From: Octopus vulgaris
Lineage: Eukaryota
DNA length: 64,000 bases
NCBI GenBank assembly: GCA_951406725.2
Contig: OX597824.1
Coordinates: 31,868,001-31,932,000, forward strand
Reading direction: 5' to 3'
Positions 58,750 through 64,000 of the stretch are shown here, one piece after another (within the stretch, counting starts at the first letter, position 1; each line of letters starts with the position of its first letter). A program made the position numbers and the translations under genes. The notes under the pieces are model-generated. The model ran no database searches. It saw only the letters and a list, made by a program, of their open reading frames with translations, and was not told the origin of the DNA.

Positions 58750-58989
58750 CTATATCTATATCTATCTATCTATATATATATATATATATATAAGAATGAG
58801 TCCTGAGGTCAATTTTCTTTATTAAAGGCGGTGCTCCAGTATTGCTGCAATGAAATGACTGAAAGAAATAATACATATATATACACATATACACATATAC
58901 ACATATATATATAAATATACATATAAATATATATATACATATATATATATAAATATATATACTTTATTTAAAGCAGCAGAAAATTCAAC

Positions 58990-59037
58990 AAAATCTGTTA
59001 CTCTGAGTTTCTCGTTGCCGTTCATCAGACAGTTTTT
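58990..59037 (-). ncRNA. Minimal type I hammerhead ribozyme in 3' pLTR
   Basis: aaaaactgt CTGATGA a-cg-gcaa-cg-a GAAAC TCAGA GTA^ acagatttt. Stem I ctgt/acag, stem III is the interrupted palindrome ACTC-A-GAGT. Confidence 0.8.
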
Positions 59038-60152
59038 GCTAGAATGGAACCGATATATCAATTCAATCTAGACTCTTACAAACGCTACACCTTTAAAAAA
59101 ATGGACTTGTTTGATTGGCCCTTTAGAAATAACGGTCAATCTTCGAGCGATAAACAAAAAAAGCTCAAAAATATATGTATATATATATAAAAAATTATTA
59201 AAATTATAAAATTCGAGGAAAAAACCTTACATTGAATAAAATACATATTGACGTTAATGAAGAAAGTATAATTAATGCATAGAAATTAAAACTTATTACC
59301 AATATTACACTACAATACATATTTATATTAAAGTGTACATATATATATCAACATACACAGAAGGATGCGTGCAAACGCCATACATATACAGACGTATAAA
59401 TATAAATCTAAAATATACACACAAATGCATTCATACATATATGTCCGCAATCTATCTCGCACGCAAGTTAAAATCATCGGTGTAGCGATTCTCATTTACT
59501 GAGTAAAGCTTAAGTAAGAGGGACGTAAAGTTGTATCAGTATCAGTTAGAGAAAAAAACGAAAGAAAGGAAGAGAGAGAAAAAGGAACGAAGAAGGGGGA
59601 AGGAAAAAAGAAAAAGGAGGGGTGGGGAAAAAAACGAAATAAGAAAAATTATGTATACAAGCTATGTAACCGCGTTATTGACATATATGGAGACAAGTAT
59701 ACAAATACACAAGTTCGAATGGATACATACACATACAGTCGTGTATATGTGTGCTTAAGCACAAACATACGCTCACTTACACATACACATATACGCATGC
59801 TTACAAATACATATCCATGGCTGTACACATACTTATATCAAAATTCTAATTTTTGACAACATTGCTTTTTAAAAAAAGGTGGGTGCAATGATGAAAAATA
59901 TACGAAAGACATATAAAATATAACACCCTATTTTGGATCATCTATAAATTAAAAATCAAGGTAATCCTATACAATACAATAACATGAAATAAACAAAGTC
60001 GAAGGTTTTTCCTAATGTATATGTAGAAATATAAGACTTTGCTATACGGAATGAAATCTGCATAGCGCGAAACAAATCCATCGTCGCGTTTACATAACTA
60101 GTTCAAGAGTCAAAATCAAAATTTCAAAAATCAAAAATACAAAATATATACT

Positions 60153-62276
60153 CTATCCATGTGGTATATTTATATTTGACATTTTAAATTTGGTTGCGTG
60201 CCTACATAAGTTCATTAGCTCACTTCTTTGATTCAAAGAATTATTGTCTTTGAATAAAATGTACATTTTTTCTAATAGGCAAAGCTTGCATTTAAAATTA
60301 TTTCTGTGTGCTCCATGCCTGTATGGTGCCGCTCTGTCCAGAATGCTCCATGTCACGTTGAAAGGTGAGGTTTCCTTTTCTTTTAGTTCCCAGACATATT
60401 TTGCTAGGCTGGTCCTCATCCTATTCTCTGGGTATTTAAATGAATTTTTATGTGAATAAAATCGTGTTTTAAATGAATTTTCTGAAGCCCCTGTGTATGT
60501 CTTGTATTCTGATGAGCCTTCTACTTGCACCTTGGCTCTATAAACTACTCCTTTCACTAGACATTTCCCTTCTAACGGACAGGAGTTTTCGTTTTTGAAA
60601 TTGCATTTCTTAATGGGCTCGGCACCATATCTAATCTCAATTAGCTTCCTATTATGCTGGCTAATGTAAGAGGCGAAATTTCTGCAACAAGAATAGCTAA
60701 CCTTCAGGGTTCTTCTATTAAATATCCTATAGAATTTATGACCCTGCTTAAAATGCTTAGAGACTAATCTCAAAAATTCCTTACCTATATTAGTCCTTAC
60801 GGCCAAATTGAAAGCCGGGTTGAACCACAAAACTTTCCTGGTCCTAGTTCTTCGTGCAGCATTATTACCAGCATTAAGCTGGTTGTACTGGATCTTCTCA
60901 GAGAATCCACTATTCTTTAATGCGCTATCGTAATAAGGTGCAGCATTATGGAATGCTGCCTCGTCCGAAGAAATTGAAGATATTCTTCTACCTACATTGC
61001 TGACTAAGTTCCTAAGGATAACTGGTGGATGGTTCGAATCTTTGCTAATATACGATAGCTTTTCATTGGGCTTACGGAAAGGTTTAAATCTATCCGACCT
61101 TACATTAAAATTTACGTCTAAAAAATCTACACTATTCAGGTTAGCATCTATTGTAACCCGTAAGCCCATCCTTTGAAAGAAAGCAATAAGTCTATCTGAT
61201 TCATGGCCGTTTAGATTATGCGTGGCTATAAGGCCGTCATCCCTATATAAACCTGCATCTATAAATGGGAATTCTATTTTTAGATTATGGAGAATAAAGG
61301 CTCCTATGAGCATACATAACTCAGCCCCGTCGTATGCTCCCATCGGTACATCGAAAAGAGAGTCCTCAGTCTTCTTAATCCAGGTGGAATCCTCGAAAAA
61401 AAGAAGCGATTTCCTCGCATGCATAATAATATCAATTTCCGAGCTATCGATATTGACATACTGCTTGGCGAAGTCCAATGCCCTTAGGAGAAACGTCCTA
61501 GATATTGACGGGTAAAAGTCAATAATGTCGAATTGTGTGAAACTACAATTATTCTTATAGCTAATACCTTTAAACCACTCTATGACTGACTTACTATTCT
61601 TCCAAATTCTCAAGTCTACTTCACTATCTAACTTAGCTAAAATACGGTCCAAAATATTTTTGCTAATAATTCCTATCTCAGTTTTAGCCGGATTTATCAA
61701 TCTACATTTGGGGTTTCTATTAAAATTGGCTTTATGGTCTTTCAGAGTAATAAAAGCTGGTCGTGGTGAAATATATTCAATCCTATCGCTAATCTTAAGA
61801 TCGTTAGCTATTCCTCTTGCTTCTAAGTTCACCTCTTTGTATATATTCGTGTTATCTTTTTTGTATGTGTCTGTGACACTATTCGAAATCAGGCGCTTAT
61901 AAACGTCCTTATCAAGTGCATATAAGTTCCTTGTCTTATCAGAATTAACGAAGATCTTATTCGAGTTGTTAATCTCCTTAATTTTTTCTCTCATATTTCT
62001 CTGTAATTCGTTGGTATATTTGCGGAATTTAATTTTCCTAATAAGCTCGAAAAGGTCTTTCTCGAAGGCTTCTAATTCCGGAATAGGTGGCGGGTTTCTG
62101 GGAGATTTAAATCCATATTTGTTTCCTTCTATTTTCTGTTTAGTATCAAAGAAGAAGGCTTTCCATCTCAATCTTCGAATAAACTCTTCCGTTTTCTCTA
62201 TAAGACCTTTGAGATATTGCTTCCGTGCAGGGATAGGTATATTTTTCTGAGAAAAATCCAGCGGGTAAAGTTCCAT
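60153..62276 (-). CDS. PLE reverse transcriptase with C-terminal GIY-YIG endonuclease, 707 aa
   Basis: N-terminal KNIP...FIRRLRWKAFFF, SDKT, RT motifs KDHK, CRLINP, FDIIDFYPSI, PMGAYDG and YRDDG. Endonuclease region SYSC..HN..CPLEGKC..GVVY..YTG..FKTRFYSH..CKLCLLEK..LNQRSEL..CRH. Confidence 0.93.
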   Translation of the reverse strand: MELYPLDFSQKNIPIPARKQYLKGLIEKTEEFIRRLRWKAFFFDTKQKIEGNKYGFKSPRNPPPIPELEAFEKDLFELIRKIKFRKYTNELQRNMREKIKEINNSNKIFVNSDKTRNLYALDKDVYKRLISNSVTDTYKKDNTNIYKEVNLEARGIANDLKISDRIEYISPRPAFITLKDHKANFNRNPKCRLINPAKTEIGIISKNILDRILAKLDSEVDLRIWKNSKSVIEWFKGISYKNNCSFTQFDIIDFYPSISRTFLLRALDFAKQYVNIDSSEIDIIMHARKSLLFFEDSTWIKKTEDSLFDVPMGAYDGAELCMLIGAFILHNLKIEFPFIDAGLYRDDGLIATHNLNGHESDRLIAFFQRMGLRVTIDANLNSVDFLDVNFNVRSDRFKPFRKPNEKLSYISKDSNHPPVILRNLVSNVGRRISSISSDEAAFHNAAPYYDSALKNSGFSEKIQYNQLNAGNNAARRTRTRKVLWFNPAFNLAVRTNIGKEFLRLVSKHFKQGHKFYRIFNRRTLKVSYSCCRNFASYISQHNRKLIEIRYGAEPIKKCNFKNENSCPLEGKCLVKGVVYRAKVQVEGSSEYKTYTGASENSFKTRFYSHKNSFKYPENRMRTSLAKYVWELKEKETSPFNVTWSILDRAAPYRHGAHRNNFKCKLCLLEKMYILFKDNNSLNQRSELMNLCRHATKFKMSNINIPHG

Positions 62277-62442
62277 CTTTTTCAGCTGTTTGTTCTTCCT
62301 ACTTGTGCAGAGTCGCTCAAACTTTTATAAGGAGCGGGTTACACCGGAGTAAACACATAAATGTGAAACAAGGTGGAAAAAAGAGTACTCAAATACCAGT
62401 GGTAGAGTAATATGCTTTATTTAAAGCAGCAGAAAATTCAAC

Positions 62443-62490
62443 AAAATCTGTTACTCTGAGTTTCTCGTTGCTGTTCATCAGACAGTTTTT
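62443..62490 (-). ncRNA. Minimal type I hammerhead ribozyme in 5' pLTR
   Basis: Same motif as 58990-59037, with one substitution in stem II (acagcaacga). Confidence 0.75.
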
Positions 62491-62580
62491 GCTAGAATGG
62501 AACCGATATATCAATTCAATCTAGACTCTTACAAACGCTACACCTTTAAAAAAAATATATAAATATATATATACACATAA

Positions 62581-62673
<93 letters not shown>

Positions 62674-62677
<4 letters not shown>

Positions 62678-64000
62678 ATCAAGCCCTATGCATAGCACTC
62701 GTGGAAACTCACCTCAGCCCTGATATAGAGGACGCAGAAGTACACATACCAAACTATGCCATACTGCGAACAGACAGAAGGGAAAGGAGCCATGGTGGAG
62801 TTGCTGTATACATTCGAGATGACCTCACACCCCAGGTCTTAATGACATACTCAAATTCGGTATGTGACACTTTAATTGTATACATAAGACAACATAATAT
62901 AGTCATATGCAATACATATTGCCCACCGGATGCCCCATATCACATAGGCAAGTTTGAAGATTGCCTCACAAGAATTAAAGAAATACTCATGAATCTGGAA
63001 CACCACGTGAGCATATTTCTTATGGGTGATTTCAACTTCCCCAACGTCAAATGGCCCGAAGGTCTGATACTCTCAGGAATGAATCATTGCAAGCAAGTAC
63101 AGGTGGAGTCCCTGCTCAACCTCACCAACGCCTTATTCATGGAGCAAGTTGTACTCAAACCAACTAGGGTGAATAACATTCTGGATCTCTGCTTCACGAA
63201 CAATATGGACATCATTCATGATGTGAAAGTGACACCGACATTAGTTTCAGATCACAACATAATAGAGCTGTCTATGTTTGGGCCAAAAGTAACCAGAGAC
63301 ATACAGCCTCTAGGAAGCACCCGAAATCTCTCCAATCTGAACTTCCACAAAGCAGATTGGAAATCGATCCAAAAAGAGATCCTCAGAGAGGACTGGCCGG
63401 AATGTCTCTCCACACCAGACATTGACACGAAACTAGAATGTTTCATGTCTTCTGTGCAAGCCGTATGCCAGAAATATGTCCCAGAGCACAAGGCCGAAAC
63501 AAATAGGAGCAAGATTCCAAGAGATAGGAAGATCCTCATGAGACGACGGACGAAGGTTGCAAATCGTCTCAACCAACATCCCAAAACTAGCGAAACGTCC
63601 TGCCTAAAAACAACACTGATGGAGATCGAAAAAAGGCTACAACAATCCTATGTGAGGGAGAAAGCAGACAAAAAAGCCTGGGTTATAAAAAACATTAAAT
63701 CAAACCCAAAGGCCTTCTTTCATTACGCGAAAGAAACAGTCTCAGTGCACTACAAGATAGGACCCCTCCTCCAAAAGGATGGCTCCCTCACAGACAGTCC
63801 AACTAAGATCAGTGAGATGCTGAATTACCAGTTCAAAAGTGTCTTTACCACCCCGTTGGAACACAGACAAGTGAACGAACCAGTGGACTTCTTTGCCGCC
63901 TCACCTATAACCAGCGAGGCGGTTACAATAGAATGTATTGACATTAGCGAAGATGTCCTACTAGCCATAGATGAAGTGGACACAAACTCAACTGCTGGTC
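62674..64000 (+). mobile_element. CR1/L2-group LINE, APE endonuclease region, continuing past the window end
   Basis: Reads [55 protein letters not shown]; homologous to 24000-25100(-). Confidence 0.88.

Larger units (their letters stand above)
58962..62554 (-). mobile_element. Apparently full-length Penelope-like retroelement (Naiad-type) with direct pseudo-LTRs
   Basis: 140-bp direct repeats at 62415-62554 and 58962-59101 (one mismatch seen), each with an HHR and ending in AATAAAG. They flank a single RT + GIY-YIG ORF, and (TA)n lies on both sides. Confidence 0.92.

Noticed and set aside
60153-62276. Selenoprotein-type Naiad
   Set aside because: Some Naiads use in-frame UGA, but this ORF has none, ends in TAG, and no convincing SECIS was seen. 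The stop in the Neptune fragment is also TAG.

Overview
AT-rich, microsatellite-dense animal genomic DNA. The SINE/LINE repertoire suggests an octopus or other coleoid cephalopod (inferred from repeat families, not confirmed by a search). One host gene can be assembled by hand: a minus-strand, 5-coding-exon, 188-aa CD20/MS4A-like four-transmembrane protein (49162 to 26846, all introns phase 0, GT-AG) that the ORF track mostly misses. The rest is mobile DNA: an apparently full-length Naiad-type Penelope-like element (PLE) with an open 707-aa RT + GIY-YIG ORF and 140-bp direct terminal repeats, a 5'-truncated Neptune-type PLE with a 3-kb low-complexity 3' UTR, decayed RTE and CR1/L2-group LINEs, a mariner, non-autonomous Helitrons, TTAA-type MITEs and several tRNA-derived SINE families. 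The main hidden signal is about 14 type I hammerhead ribozyme (HHR) motifs from many different PLE-like terminal-repeat families. Several have complete cores, and four lie in sense orientation in intron 2 of the MS4A-like gene, two of them in a 618-bp tandem. Repeat boundaries are approximate; exon and ribozyme coordinates were counted by hand.
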